DNA of 64,000 nt from an uncultured Pelagibacteraceae bacterium. Lineage in GTDB: Bacteria > Pseudomonadota > Alphaproteobacteria > Pelagibacterales > Pelagibacteraceae. The stretch's first letter is position 1; each line of letters opens with the position of its first letter. The DNA lies in the NCBI GenBank assembly GCA_902578115.1, contig CACHBR010000002.1:59863-123862 (forward strand), in the 5' to 3' direction. The notes under the pieces are model-generated. The model saw only the letters and a list, made by a program, of their open reading frames with translations. It was not told the origin of the DNA and searched no databases. A program made the translations under genes and the position numbers. This document shows, piece after piece, positions 7,801 to 17,814 of the stretch.

Positions 7801-9311
7801 AAGATTTAGCTCAACTCATTTACGATTTAAAACAAATCAATCCTAAAGCAAGAGTAGGTGTTAAACTTGTTGCTTCAACTGGAATAGGAACTATTGCAGC
7901 TGGAGTTGCAAAAGCAAAAGCTGATGTAATTTTAATATCAGGTCACTCAGGAGGTACAGGAGCGAGTCCACAAACTAGTGTTAAATACGCTGGCATACCT
8001 TGGGAGATGGGTTTAACAGAGGCAAATCAAATTCTAACACTAAATCAATTAAGGCAGCAAGTTACACTTCGAACTGACGGTGGATTAAAAACAGGAAGAG
8101 ATGTTGTAATGGCAGCTATGATGGGAGCCGAAGAATTTGGAATGGGAACTTCTTCTTTAATAGCAATGGGCTGTATAATGGTAAGACAATGTCATTCAAA
8201 CACATGTCCTGTAGGTGTTTGTACTCAAGATGATGAACTTAGAAAAAAATTTACTGGAACACCAGAAAAGGTCGTAAACTTTTTTAACTTTGTTGCAATG
8301 GAAGTTAGAGAAATACTTGCTTCACTTGGATTTAAAAATCTAAAAGATATCATCGGAAGAACAGATCTTTTAGCCCAAGTAAGTAGAGGCTCCCCAAACC
8401 TTGACGATCTTGATTTAAATCCTCTATTAGTGCAAACAGATCCAGGAAATCACAACAGATATTCAGACAACAAACTAATCAACAAAGTTCCTGATAATAA
8501 CATAGATGAGAATGTCTGGAAAAAAATAAAAGATAAAGTAAATAATAATGAAAAAATTTCATACGATGGAAATATTAAAAACACAGACAGGGCAGTAGGA
8601 ACTAAGCTATCACACTATATTTTTGATAAATTTAAAAACAAACTGAATAGTGATTTAATTCAAATAAACCTAAATGGTTCAGCAGGTCAGTCATTAGGTG
8701 CTTTTTTATCAAAATCTATTTCATTAAAAATATTTGGAGATGCAAATGACTATGTTGCTAAAGGATTGTCCGGCGGTAAAATTGTTGTTGTTCCATCTAA
8801 AACTAATAGGTTAAAGACAAAAGAAAATACAATTATAGGAAACACGGTTTTATATGGAGCTACATCGGGCAAACTATTTGCGGCTGGTAAAGCTGGCGAA
8901 AGGTTTGCTGTCCGTAATTCTGGAGGAACTGCAATAGTTGAAGGATGCGACTCAAATGGATGTGAATATATGACTGGGGGGAATATAATAATACTAGGAA
9001 GTATTGGAGATAATTTTGGGGCAGGAATGACTGGAGGGATGGCCTTTATATATGATCCAGAAAATACTTTTGAGAACTTCGTAAATCCTGCTTCAATTAC
9101 TTGGCAAAAACTAGAAACAAAATATTGGAAAGAAAAATTAAAGTCTCTAATTCAAGAACACTTACAAGAGACAGACTCCGTTATTGCCAAGAAAATTCTA
9201 AATGATTTCGAAAATGAAATGAATAATTTTAAACAAGTTTGTCCGATAGAAATGTTAGATAAACTAGAGAATCCAATAACATTAAAGGATAGAATTTCTA
9301 AAGCGGTCTAA
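4815..9311 (+). CDS. gltB: Glutamate synthase large subunit
   Basis: 1498 aa. It has an Ntn-amidotransferase N-terminus (HDACGVG), an FMN/3Fe-4S region (CHSNTCPVGVCTQD) and C-terminal GXGXG repeats (GGNIIILG..GAGMTGGMAFIYD). Confidence 0.97.
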   Translation: MKLYKKNREILQKNFSYSTNMEHDACGVGLIASLDGKKSRKVVEYGIEALKAVWHRGAVDADGKSGDGAGISFEIPKDFFQEKIEDTGHKHTEGDICVGMIFLPRTDYSSQERSKALVERNLLENDFYIYGWRQVPVNSDVLGKTADSNRPEITQIIFKSNKKKERNELERSLYVVRKKILKQTRNEQINDFYICSLSSRSIVYKGMFLAEALSDFYPDLKDKRFISRFSIFHQRFSTNTFPSWKLAQPFRSLAHNGEINTLKGNINWMKIHEQDMSSELFKNVEDLKPVITPGNSDSAALDNVFELLIHSGKSVPLIKLMMMPDAWSKRSKILPKAHQQLFDVLNSTIEPWDGPAAICATDSKWAIAATDRNGLRPLRYSITSDNLLFAGSETGMVSIPEENIIEKGRLGPGQLIAVDLKAGKIFKDKDIKDYLAKDFTKFHKQVVHFDKKLGTKNEFPNFQNEELRQRQFISGYSIEDLELILHPMAEEAKEATGSMGDDTPVAVLSNHYRPITHYFRQNFSQVTNPPIDSLRENKVMSLKTRFGNLGNILDFDNFTKENIYVLDSPILTNSEFKKFKSHFSTKIKIIDCTFDVSKSLKDRLEEIRSEAEISVREGINHLILSDQKISEKKAIVPMVLAVGAVHSNLVKHGLRGYSSINVQTAEAMDTHSFAVLLGVGATTINPYLAIDSIYQRYTKKLFGKLDFNACVDRFKKSINNGLLKIMSKMGISVLSSYRGGCNFEAVGLSRAIVADYFPGMFSRISGIGVSGIENKIKELHKKAYQKNVTVLPIGGLYKYRKSGEDHQLQGSLIHLLQHAVGVKSYEQYKKYSAGIHNLTPINLRDLLEFKKKNNPVNIDEVEPVTEIMKRFGSGSMSHGALSEEAHETLAIGMNRIKGASCSGEGGEDSRRFKVLENGDSANSKVKQVASARFGVTIEYLNNCSEIEIKIAQGAKPGEGGQLPGFKVTKDIARLRHSTKGVTLISPPPHHDIYSIEDLAQLIYDLKQINPKARVGVKLVASTGIGTIAAGVAKAKADVILISGHSGGTGASPQTSVKYAGIPWEMGLTEANQILTLNQLRQQVTLRTDGGLKTGRDVVMAAMMGAEEFGMGTSSLIAMGCIMVRQCHSNTCPVGVCTQDDELRKKFTGTPEKVVNFFNFVAMEVREILASLGFKNLKDIIGRTDLLAQVSRGSPNLDDLDLNPLLVQTDPGNHNRYSDNKLINKVPDNNIDENVWKKIKDKVNNNEKISYDGNIKNTDRAVGTKLSHYIFDKFKNKLNSDLIQINLNGSAGQSLGAFLSKSISLKIFGDANDYVAKGLSGGKIVVVPSKTNRLKTKENTIIGNTVLYGATSGKLFAAGKAGERFAVRNSGGTAIVEGCDSNGCEYMTGGNIIILGSIGDNFGAGMTGGMAFIYDPENTFENFVNPASITWQKLETKYWKEKLKSLIQEHLQETDSVIAKKILNDFENEMNNFKQVCPIEMLDKLENPITLKDRISKAV

Positions 9312-10037
9312 TTCTTTCAAGATTTTATTTATACTTAGTTTATTTGAAAGACTATGATCCCCGTTTTTAATGACTACCATTCTTTTTTCTGCATTTGTAA
9401 AAACAGATAAAACTTTTCTCGAAAAAGAAACTGGTACAGCTTCATCTCTTTGACCATGAAACATTGTTACAATGATTTTTGAATTTATTTTTTTTGAAAG
9501 AACCTCGTTTTTTCTACCATCTTTAATTATTTGATAGGTTATCGGGTATTCATAATCACCATTTTTTATTTGAGTGATCCCCTTGAGTTTAATCTCTTTC
9601 TTTAATTTTTTTGAGAATTTTTTCCACATTAATCTCTCTAAAAATTCTGGAGCTGAGCCAATTCCAATAAAACCCTTAATCTGATTTTTAAAATATTTAA
9701 ATTGATTTAATGCAATCCAAGATCCCATGCTTGAACCAATTACGATAAAATTATTTTTTTTCACAAATCTTTTAATCAAAATTTTTGTATCATTCGACCA
9801 TCGACTTATATTTCCTTTAGTAAATTCCCCTGAGGATTTTCCGTGACCTGAATAATCTAAAGTTAAAAAACCTAATTTTTTTCTTACTGCATATTTCTTA
9901 AAAGATTTAGGTTTTTCTCCCTCAATATTTGACATAAAACCAGGCAAAAAAATTATATACAGTTTCTTTTTGAAAAAATTGCCCATATATCTCAGTTTTT
10001 TTGTTTTTGACAATCTAATGTAGTTGTATTTTTTCAT
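9282..10037 (-). CDS. Alpha/beta-fold hydrolase
   Basis: 251 aa. It has the nucleophile elbow GSSMGS, a DYSGHGKSSG segment and a C-terminal GDHS. Its 3-prime end overlaps the gltB 3-prime end by 30 nt. Confidence 0.8.
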   Translation of the reverse strand: MKKYNYIRLSKTKKLRYMGNFFKKKLYIIFLPGFMSNIEGEKPKSFKKYAVRKKLGFLTLDYSGHGKSSGEFTKGNISRWSNDTKILIKRFVKKNNFIVIGSSMGSWIALNQFKYFKNQIKGFIGIGSAPEFLERLMWKKFSKKLKKEIKLKGITQIKNGDYEYPITYQIIKDGRKNEVLSKKINSKIIVTMFHGQRDEAVPVSFSRKVLSVFTNAEKRMVVIKNGDHSLSNKLSINKILKELDRFRNSIL

Positions 10038-10081
10038 ATAAAATTTTTCTTATTAATCTGTTATTATATATCTTTGATTAT

Positions 10082-11245
10082 ATGTCATCTAAAATAAAAG
10101 TTTTACAAGTAATTCCAAGACTTGGTTACGGAGGTGCAGAGACAGGTTGTTATGACCTTGCTCATTATTTAGCCGAGAAAGATTGTAAATCTTACATAGT
10201 TACAAGTGGAGGACCATTACTAAAATTTATTAAAAAAAATAAAGTCAAGGTCATTAGGTTACCAGTTCATTCAAAGAATCCTCTGCTTATGATTATTAAT
10301 GCTATAATTCTTTTAGTTTTAGTATTTATTTTAAACATTGATATTATTCACGCCCGAAGTAGAGCACCCGCTTGGTCTTGTTGGTTGGCGAATCTTCTAA
10401 CACGGAGAAAATTTGTTACTACTTTTCATGGCACATATAATTTTAAAAGCAGAATTAAAAAGTTTTACAATTCTATTATGCTTAGGTCTGAATTAACTAT
10501 TGCTGGATCTAATTTCATTTTTGACCACATACACACTAATTATAGTAGTCATTTAAGTAAAAACAAAAAATTGTTAGTAATATTTAGAGGTATAAATACT
10601 GAATATTTTAACAAATCAAATGTTACTGAAGAAAAAGTAGAAAGATTTAATTCCACATTAAAGTTAGATGTTCAAACTTTTAAAATTCTTTTACCTGGAA
10701 GATTGACTAAGTGGAAAGGTCAAGAAATGTTTTTAGAGGCTATAAAATTGCTAAAAACAAAATATTATAAAACAAATTTTAAGGCCGTAATATTAGGCTC
10801 ACATCAAGGTCGTAAAGTTTTTTTCAAAAAACTTATTTCAATGGTTGATCAATACCAATTGAAAGATAATGTTATATTTTTAAGCTTTTGTGAGGAAATG
10901 CCTGTTGCCTATAAGAGTGCAGATGTAATTGTATCTTCATCTATAGAGCCCGAAGCTTTTGGAAGAGTTGCAGTAGAGGCACAAGCAATGGAAAAACCAA
11001 TTCTCGCAAGTGATTTAGGTGGATCAAAAGAGACTGTAATTAATGGTAAATCAGGATTTTTATTTAAAAATGGAGACCCAAATTCTCTTGCACAAAATTT
11101 AAATTATATTATTGAAATGGATAAAGACAAGTTGCAATCAATTGGAAATGAGGGTAGGAAAAATATATTGATAAAATTTGATGTAGAAAAAATGTGCCAA
11201 TCAACATTTGCTGAGTATAAAAAATTGTTAAAACAAAAACATTAA
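10082..11245 (+). CDS. Glycosyltransferase, GT4 (GT-B fold) family
   Basis: 387 aa. N-terminal GGAETG is present, and the C-terminal E-x7-E region reads EAFGRVAVEAQAMEKPILASDLGG. Confidence 0.85.
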   Translation: MSSKIKVLQVIPRLGYGGAETGCYDLAHYLAEKDCKSYIVTSGGPLLKFIKKNKVKVIRLPVHSKNPLLMIINAIILLVLVFILNIDIIHARSRAPAWSCWLANLLTRRKFVTTFHGTYNFKSRIKKFYNSIMLRSELTIAGSNFIFDHIHTNYSSHLSKNKKLLVIFRGINTEYFNKSNVTEEKVERFNSTLKLDVQTFKILLPGRLTKWKGQEMFLEAIKLLKTKYYKTNFKAVILGSHQGRKVFFKKLISMVDQYQLKDNVIFLSFCEEMPVAYKSADVIVSSSIEPEAFGRVAVEAQAMEKPILASDLGGSKETVINGKSGFLFKNGDPNSLAQNLNYIIEMDKDKLQSIGNEGRKNILIKFDVEKMCQSTFAEYKKLLKQKH

Positions 11246-13165
11246 ATGCCGAATATTACTTTACCAGATGGAAAAAAATTAAGTTTTAAGAACAATGTAA
11301 CTGGATATGAGGTTGCTGAAAAAATTAGTAAGTCACTTTCAAAACAGGCTCTTATAGTAAGTGTGGATGGAGTGTTGAAAGATTTAAGTTTTTCAATTCA
11401 AAAAGACTCTTCTGTTAAAATCATAACTAGCAAAGATAAAGATGGTCTCGATGTAATCAGACATGATGCAGCACACATAATGGCAATGGCCGTTCAAGAA
11501 TTATTTCCAGGAACCCAAGTTACTATAGGTCCTGTTATTGAGAATGGTTTCTTCTATGATTTTGCAAGAAAGGAACCATTTACTAAAGATGATTTAAAAA
11601 AAATTGAGAAGAAAATGTCAGAGATTATCGACAGAGATGTTAAAACAAAACGTGAAGTATGGGACAGAGATAAAGCAATAGCGCATTTTAAAAAAATTGG
11701 CGAAAAGTATAAAGCTGAGATTATTGAGAGCATCCCTAAAAATGAAGAATTATCAATTTATCATCATGGAGATACTTGGCACGATCTTTGTAGAGGTCCG
11801 CATTTAGTTTCATCAGGAAAAATAGGAAAAGCTTTTAAATTAACAAAAGTTTCTGGAGCTTATTGGAGAGGGGACTCAAATAATGAAATGCTACAAAGAA
11901 TTTACGGAACATGTTGGAGTTCTAAAAAAGAATTAGATGAATATTTACACAGACTAGAAGAAGCAGAAAAAAGAGATCATAGGAAGTTAGGTAAAGAGAT
12001 GGATCTTTTTCATTTCAGGGAGGAAAGCCCTGGATCTGTTTTTTGGCACGAGAAGGGCTGGAATTTATTTCAACGGCTTGTAGAGTACATGAGATTAAAG
12101 CAAAGAAATGCTGGATATAAAGAGATAAGCACACCAGAACTTTTAGATAAAAGTCTTTGGGAAAAATCAGGACACTGGGAGAAATTTGGTCATCACATGT
12201 TTACATCAGAAACACCAGACGAAAAAGTTTTTGCTGTGAAACCAATGAATTGTCCTGGTTGTGTTCAAGTATTTAATCAAGGTCTTAAAAGTTATAGAGA
12301 TTTACCTTTAAAGTTATCTGAATTTGGAAAAGTTCATAGATATGAACCATCTGGAGCATTACATGGCCTTCTAAGAGTTAGAGCTTTTACTCAGGATGAT
12401 GCACATATCTTTTGTACCGAAGAGCAGATAACAGATGAATGTATTAGTGTTACAAAATTAATATTGGATATTTACAAAGACTTGGGATTTGAAAAAGTAT
12501 TCCTTAAGTATTCTGACAGACCAGAAAAAAGAGTTGGTGATGATAAAATCTGGGATAAGTCAGAAAAAGCTTTGCTTGCGGCAATTAAAAAAACAAAATT
12601 AGAATATACTATAAATAAAGGAGAGGGTGCTTTTTACGGTCCTAAAATAGAATTTGTTTTGAGAGATGCCATAGGAAGGGACTGGCAATGTGGAACTTTA
12701 CAAGTTGATTTGAATTTACCAGGAAGACTTGGTGCAACTTTCGTAGACAAAGATGGAACTAAAAAAGTACCTGTAATGTTACATAGAGCTCTTTTTGGTT
12801 CTTTAGAGAGATTTATAGGTATAATTATTGAAAACTATGCAGGCAAACTTCCATTTTGGCTATCACCTTCACAAGTTGTTGTATTGCCTATAGCCGAAGA
12901 GCACAATGACTATGCAAAAAAAATATTTAAAGAACTCTTTAAAGAGGGTATAAAATGCGAAGTGGATTTAAGAAATCAAAAAATTAATTATAAAATAAGA
13001 GAACATTCTTTATCAAAAGTTCCTGTACTATTAATTTGTGGAGGAAAAGAAGTAATAGATAAAAGTGTAAGTATACGTAAACTTGGATCTGAAAAACACG
13101 AAGTTAAAAAATTCGAAAAAGCTCTTAAAGAATTTAAATCATCAAATAACCTACCAATTAAATAA
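11246..13165 (+). CDS. thrS: Threonyl-tRNA synthetase
   Basis: 639 aa. It has an N-terminal TGS-like domain, an editing-domain HxxxH (RHDAAHIMA), a class II core (FRVRAFTQDDAHIF; HRALFGSLERFIG) and an anticodon-binding C-terminus. Confidence 0.97.
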   Translation: MPNITLPDGKKLSFKNNVTGYEVAEKISKSLSKQALIVSVDGVLKDLSFSIQKDSSVKIITSKDKDGLDVIRHDAAHIMAMAVQELFPGTQVTIGPVIENGFFYDFARKEPFTKDDLKKIEKKMSEIIDRDVKTKREVWDRDKAIAHFKKIGEKYKAEIIESIPKNEELSIYHHGDTWHDLCRGPHLVSSGKIGKAFKLTKVSGAYWRGDSNNEMLQRIYGTCWSSKKELDEYLHRLEEAEKRDHRKLGKEMDLFHFREESPGSVFWHEKGWNLFQRLVEYMRLKQRNAGYKEISTPELLDKSLWEKSGHWEKFGHHMFTSETPDEKVFAVKPMNCPGCVQVFNQGLKSYRDLPLKLSEFGKVHRYEPSGALHGLLRVRAFTQDDAHIFCTEEQITDECISVTKLILDIYKDLGFEKVFLKYSDRPEKRVGDDKIWDKSEKALLAAIKKTKLEYTINKGEGAFYGPKIEFVLRDAIGRDWQCGTLQVDLNLPGRLGATFVDKDGTKKVPVMLHRALFGSLERFIGIIIENYAGKLPFWLSPSQVVVLPIAEEHNDYAKKIFKELFKEGIKCEVDLRNQKINYKIREHSLSKVPVLLICGGKEVIDKSVSIRKLGSEKHEVKKFEKALKEFKSSNNLPIK

Positions 13166-13705
13166 GTGCAAAAACCAAACTATTTTCAAAGAAGAACTAA
13201 ATTTCAAGGACCCCGTACTAATCACAGAATTAGAAGTATAGATGTTCAAGTTATAAATAGTAGCGGCGAAAACTTAGGAGTTCTTCCTTTAAAGAAAGCA
13301 ATTGAGACAGCCAAAGAAGAAGGACTTGATCTAATCGAAATATCTCCTAATGCAAATCCTCCAGTTTGTAAGATTATGGATATGGGTAAATATAAGTATG
13401 ACATGCAAAAAAAAGCCAACAAGGCAAAAAAGAACCAAAAAATTGCGACACTAAAAGAATTAAAATTAAGACCTGGAACCGAAATACATGATTATAATTT
13501 TAAAATAAAAAATGCAAAAAAGTTTCTTCAAAAGGGTGATAAAGTAAAATTTACGGTAAGATTTAAAGGCAGGGAAATGCAACACGTCAACCTAGGTAAA
13601 GATTTGATGAATAGAATTATTGAGGATACGAAGGAAATTGGGAAAGTAGAAGTAAAACCAAAATTTGAAGGCCGCCAAATGATAATGATTATTCACCCTA
13701 ATTAA
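13166..13705 (+). CDS. infC: Translation initiation factor IF-3
   Basis: 179 aa with IF-3 N and C domains ([12 protein letters not shown]...; [17 protein letters not shown]). The only in-frame start is GTG, immediately after the thrS TAA. Confidence 0.92.
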   Translation: MQKPNYFQRRTKFQGPRTNHRIRSIDVQVINSSGENLGVLPLKKAIETAKEEGLDLIEISPNANPPVCKIMDMGKYKYDMQKKANKAKKNQKIATLKELKLRPGTEIHDYNFKIKNAKKFLQKGDKVKFTVRFKGREMQHVNLGKDLMNRIIEDTKEIGKVEVKPKFEGRQMIMIIHPN

Positions 13706-13746
13706 TCATTGTAAATTTAAATCAAAATATATATAAATCCGATACC

Positions 13747-13953
13747 ATGCCAAAACTTAAAACTAAAAGTTCAGCTAAAAAACGATTTAGATTAACTAAA
13801 TCTGGAAAAGTAAAAATGCCACAAGCTGGAAAAAGACACGGTATGATAAAAAGAACTAATTCTCAAATTAGAAAACAAAGAGGCACTACCATTATGTCAA
13901 AACAAGATTCTAAAATTGTTAAATCATATATGCCTTATAGCTTAAGGGGATAA
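13747..13953 (+). CDS. rpmI: 50S ribosomal protein L35
   Basis: 68 aa. The sequence begins [23 protein letters not shown], and the gene sits in the infC-rpmI-rplT context. Confidence 0.93.
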   Translation: MPKLKTKSSAKKRFRLTKSGKVKMPQAGKRHGMIKRTNSQIRKQRGTTIMSKQDSKIVKSYMPYSLRG

Positions 13954-13958
13954 AAAAA

Positions 13959-14315
13959 ATGTCTAGAACAAAAAGAGGTGTTACAAGTAGAGCAAGACAT
14001 AAAAAAGTTTTCAAAGCTGTAAAAGGTCAATGGGGCAGAAGAAAAAATACTATTCGTATTGCTCGACAAGCTATGGAAAAAGCTTTGCAGTATGCTTACC
14101 GAGATAGAAGAGCCAAAAAAAGGGAATTCAGATCTTTATGGATTCAAAGGATAAACGCAGGTGTGAGAGCTGAGGGGCTAACTTATTCAAGATTTATAAA
14201 TGGTCTTAACAAATCGAAAATCAAATTAGACAGAAAAGTTTTAGCTGATTTAGCCTACAATAATCCAGAAGCTTTCAAATCACTTGTAAAAAAAGTTCAG
14301 TTATCAGTAAAATAA
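13959..14315 (+). CDS. rplT: 50S ribosomal protein L20
   Basis: 118 aa. It reads [17 protein letters not shown]...[23 protein letters not shown]. Confidence 0.95.
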   Translation: MSRTKRGVTSRARHKKVFKAVKGQWGRRKNTIRIARQAMEKALQYAYRDRRAKKREFRSLWIQRINAGVRAEGLTYSRFINGLNKSKIKLDRKVLADLAYNNPEAFKSLVKKVQLSVK

Positions 14316-14356
14316 ACTTGTTTTTTCTTTTATAAAGTTAGAGTAAAAACTAACTA

Positions 14357-15412
14357 ATGATAGATTTACGAGAATTAATTCAAAAGATCTCACAAGCTAA
14401 AGATAAACTGGAGTTGCAAAATATTAAATCACAGTTTTTAGGTAAAAATAGCCAAATCAATCAAGAATTTAAAAAACTTGGCTCTTTATCTGAAAAGGAA
14501 AAAAAAATTAAAGCTTCATCATTAAATAATGAAAAACAAAAAATTACTGAAGCTATTAACAATAGGTTTAAAGAATTAGAAAAATTAGAAATAAGCAAAA
14601 AATTACAAAAAGACAAAGTTGATGTTACTTTACCAGCAAGAGAGAGACCTAATGGTAAAATACATCCAGTCTCCCAGGTGATAGATGAAATCTCATCAAT
14701 TTTTTCTGAGATCGGTTTTTCTGTTGCAGAAGGTCCCGATGTTGAGACCGAATATAATAATTTCACAGCATTGAATACTCCAGAGGATCATCCTGCAAGA
14801 GATATGCACGACACCTTTTATCTAGATAATGACAAAAAAATTTTATTGAGAACTCATACTTCTCCAGTTCAAGTAAGAACAATGCTAAATGGCAAACCTC
14901 CTTTTAAAATTATTGTTCCTGGAAGAACTTATCGTTGTGATAGTGATCAAACCCATGCACCAATGTTCCATCAACTTGAGGGCTTACATATAGATAAAGA
15001 TATAACCATGGGGCATCTGAAAGGTTGTTTAGATTATTTTGTAAAAGAATTTTTTGAAGTTAAAAAAATCAGAATGAGATTTAGACCAAGTCACTTTCCT
15101 TTTACTGAACCATCAGCTGAAGTAGATATTGGTTACAAACTTGAAAACGGAAGAATAATTGTGGGTGAAGGAGATAAGTGGTTAGAAATTTTAGGCTGTG
15201 GAATGGTTCACCCTAATGTTTTAAAAAATGCGAAAGTTGATCCTAATAAGTATCAAGGTTTTGCATTTGGCATGGGTATAGATAGACTTGCTATGTTAAA
15301 ATATGGAATCAACGATCTTAGATCTTTTTTTGAAAGTGATTATAGATGGTTGAATTATTTTGGTTTTGATCCATTGGATGTTCCAACTAACTATCGAGGT
15401 TTGAGTAGATGA
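14357..15412 (+). CDS. pheS: Phenylalanyl-tRNA synthetase alpha subunit
   Basis: 351 aa. Class II motifs are present ([16 protein letters not shown]; [14 protein letters not shown]). Confidence 0.96.
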   Translation: MIDLRELIQKISQAKDKLELQNIKSQFLGKNSQINQEFKKLGSLSEKEKKIKASSLNNEKQKITEAINNRFKELEKLEISKKLQKDKVDVTLPARERPNGKIHPVSQVIDEISSIFSEIGFSVAEGPDVETEYNNFTALNTPEDHPARDMHDTFYLDNDKKILLRTHTSPVQVRTMLNGKPPFKIIVPGRTYRCDSDQTHAPMFHQLEGLHIDKDITMGHLKGCLDYFVKEFFEVKKIRMRFRPSHFPFTEPSAEVDIGYKLENGRIIVGEGDKWLEILGCGMVHPNVLKNAKVDPNKYQGFAFGMGIDRLAMLKYGINDLRSFFESDYRWLNYFGFDPLDVPTNYRGLSR

Positions 15413-17814
15413 TCATAACTCTATCATGGTTAAAAAATCATTTAACTACATCATTAAATCTTGAAAAAATTATAAACAAACTAACGGACATTGGTTTGGA
15501 AGTAGAGGGAGTTAAAGAAGCTCAAAATGAATTATCTGATTTTAAAATTGCAAAAGTTCTTAAAGCAGAAAAACATCCAAACGCAGATAAACTTAAGCTT
15601 TGTGAAGTAAGTATTGGAAACAATAACGACATCAAGAAAGTTGTTTGTGGAGCCCAAAATGCGAGAAAAGGTTTAGTAACTATCTACGCACCACCAGGTT
15701 CTATTATTCCAAAATCAAAAATAAAATTAAAAATTGCCAAAATAAGAGGAGTTGAGTCACATGGAATGTTGTGCTCTGGAAATGAATTAAATATTTCAGA
15801 CGATAGTGAGGGAATTATAGAACTAAAAAATAGAGAAAACGATATTGGGAAAAACTACTTTAAGAGCAAAGGTGAAAAATCAATAGATATATCCGTGACA
15901 CCTAATAGACCTGATTGTTTAGGTGTTAGGGGAATAGCAAGAGATTTAGCTTCTGCTGGTCTAGGTAAATTTTCAAATTTAAAAAAAATAAATATAAAGC
16001 AAAGTTTTAAACAACCTATAAAAATTTCAATAACAAAAGAAAAAAATCAAGGCTGCTTAAATTTTGGTGCTTGTTATATAAAAAATATTCAAAATAAAGA
16101 AAGTCCAGAATGGCTAAAAGAGAAAATAATTTCTCTTGGTTTAAAACCAATTTCTGCTGTAGTTGATATTACTAACTACGTAATGTTTGACCTTAACAGA
16201 CCTTTGCATGCTTATGACGCTGACAAAATAGATAAAGAGATAGTTGTAAGAAACTCAAAGTCTGACGAAACTTTTACTGGACTTGATGGTAAAAACTACA
16301 AGCTTGGAAATAATATGTGTGTAATTTCTGATAGAAGCGGACCTTTAGGTCTTGGCGGTATAATAGGTGGTTCACGGTCAGGCACTGAATTTGATACAAA
16401 AAATATTTTATTAGAGGCAGCATATTTTCATCCTTCATCTATAAGAAAAACTGCAAGCAATTTAGGTGTTGATACAGATGCTAAATACAGATTCGAGAGG
16501 GGTATTGACCCAAATTCAATTATTGAGGGACTTGAAGTTGCAACAAATTTAATTGTTAAAATCTGCGGTGGGGAAGCTAGTAAATTTTCGGTAGAAGGAA
16601 AATCTAAAGTTAAGAATAAAATTTTAGAAATTGATCAAACAAAATTTAAAAAGATAATAGGGATACCACTACCTTCTGGAGAAGCTAAAAAGATTTTAAA
16701 CTCACTTGGATTTGATACGAAAATCAAAAAAAATAAACTTTTAGTAAAGATACCAACTTGGAGACCTGACATCCATCAAGATGTTGATGTAATCGAGGAA
16801 TTAATAAGAATTAAAGGCTTTGATAAAATTTCATTAATACACCCAGAGAGATCAAGGAATAAAGATACCTTAAGTTTTGAGCAAAAGTTATTTCACCTTT
16901 CTCAAAGAGCTGTAGCTACAAAAGGGTATATGGAGGCAGTCACATGGTCATTTACTGACTCACGGATTGATAAATATTTTTCACAAGGAAAGAAAGAAAT
17001 TGAAATTACAAATCCAATTTCAAGTGATTTAAATGTTTTAAGGACGTCAATTTTTTCTAACTTGATTGTGTGTTTGAAAAGAAATCAGGATAGAGGATAT
17101 TTAGATCTATCGTTATTTGAAATTGGTCCTACTTTCTTCGGCAAAAAACCTGGAGAACAACAGGTAGTAATAGGTGGTTTAAGGTCGGGAGTAGTAAACA
17201 GAAAGACTTGGGAGTCTAAACCAAGAAACGTTGATGTGTTTGATGTAAAGGCTGACGTTGTAAAGACATTGTTGGAGCTTGGGATTCAAGAAAATAATAT
17301 TCATGTAAGTAACAAGACTCAAGATTACTATAATCCGGGTAGATCTGGGTCAATAAATTTAAATTCAGAAAATGGAGCACTTCTTGCTTCATTCGGTGAA
17401 ATTCATCCGTCAATAATTTCTAGTCTAGACTTAAAAGAGCAAAATGTAAGCGGATTTGAAATTTTTTTAAAAAACATTCCAAAACCAAAAACTAAATATA
17501 GATTTTCTAAAAAAGATTACTCTATTTCAGAGTATCAAAAATCTGAGAGAGATTTTGCTTTTATTATTAATGAAGATTTTAAAGCAGGAGACATTAAGAA
17601 ATTAATAAGCGATGTTGATACAAATCTAATTAAAAATGTAAAAATATTTGATGTTTTTTCAGGTGGTAATATGCCCGCTGGTAAAAAATCAATAGCCATA
17701 AATGTTTTAATCCAGTCTAAAGAAAAAACACTTTCCCAAAAAGACCTTGATGATATAAGTCAAAAAATAATTGATATTGTAAAAGCCAAAACTGGTGGAA
17801 CAATAAGATCCTAA
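15409..17814 (+). CDS. pheT: Phenylalanyl-tRNA synthetase beta subunit
   Basis: 801 aa. It has an N-terminal tRNA-binding domain ([13 protein letters not shown]), B3/4 and B5 regions and a C-terminal FDX-ACB-like domain. It overlaps pheS by ATGA. Confidence 0.95.
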   Translation: MIITLSWLKNHLTTSLNLEKIINKLTDIGLEVEGVKEAQNELSDFKIAKVLKAEKHPNADKLKLCEVSIGNNNDIKKVVCGAQNARKGLVTIYAPPGSIIPKSKIKLKIAKIRGVESHGMLCSGNELNISDDSEGIIELKNRENDIGKNYFKSKGEKSIDISVTPNRPDCLGVRGIARDLASAGLGKFSNLKKINIKQSFKQPIKISITKEKNQGCLNFGACYIKNIQNKESPEWLKEKIISLGLKPISAVVDITNYVMFDLNRPLHAYDADKIDKEIVVRNSKSDETFTGLDGKNYKLGNNMCVISDRSGPLGLGGIIGGSRSGTEFDTKNILLEAAYFHPSSIRKTASNLGVDTDAKYRFERGIDPNSIIEGLEVATNLIVKICGGEASKFSVEGKSKVKNKILEIDQTKFKKIIGIPLPSGEAKKILNSLGFDTKIKKNKLLVKIPTWRPDIHQDVDVIEELIRIKGFDKISLIHPERSRNKDTLSFEQKLFHLSQRAVATKGYMEAVTWSFTDSRIDKYFSQGKKEIEITNPISSDLNVLRTSIFSNLIVCLKRNQDRGYLDLSLFEIGPTFFGKKPGEQQVVIGGLRSGVVNRKTWESKPRNVDVFDVKADVVKTLLELGIQENNIHVSNKTQDYYNPGRSGSINLNSENGALLASFGEIHPSIISSLDLKEQNVSGFEIFLKNIPKPKTKYRFSKKDYSISEYQKSERDFAFIINEDFKAGDIKKLISDVDTNLIKNVKIFDVFSGGNMPAGKKSIAINVLIQSKEKTLSQKDLDDISQKIIDIVKAKTGGTIRS

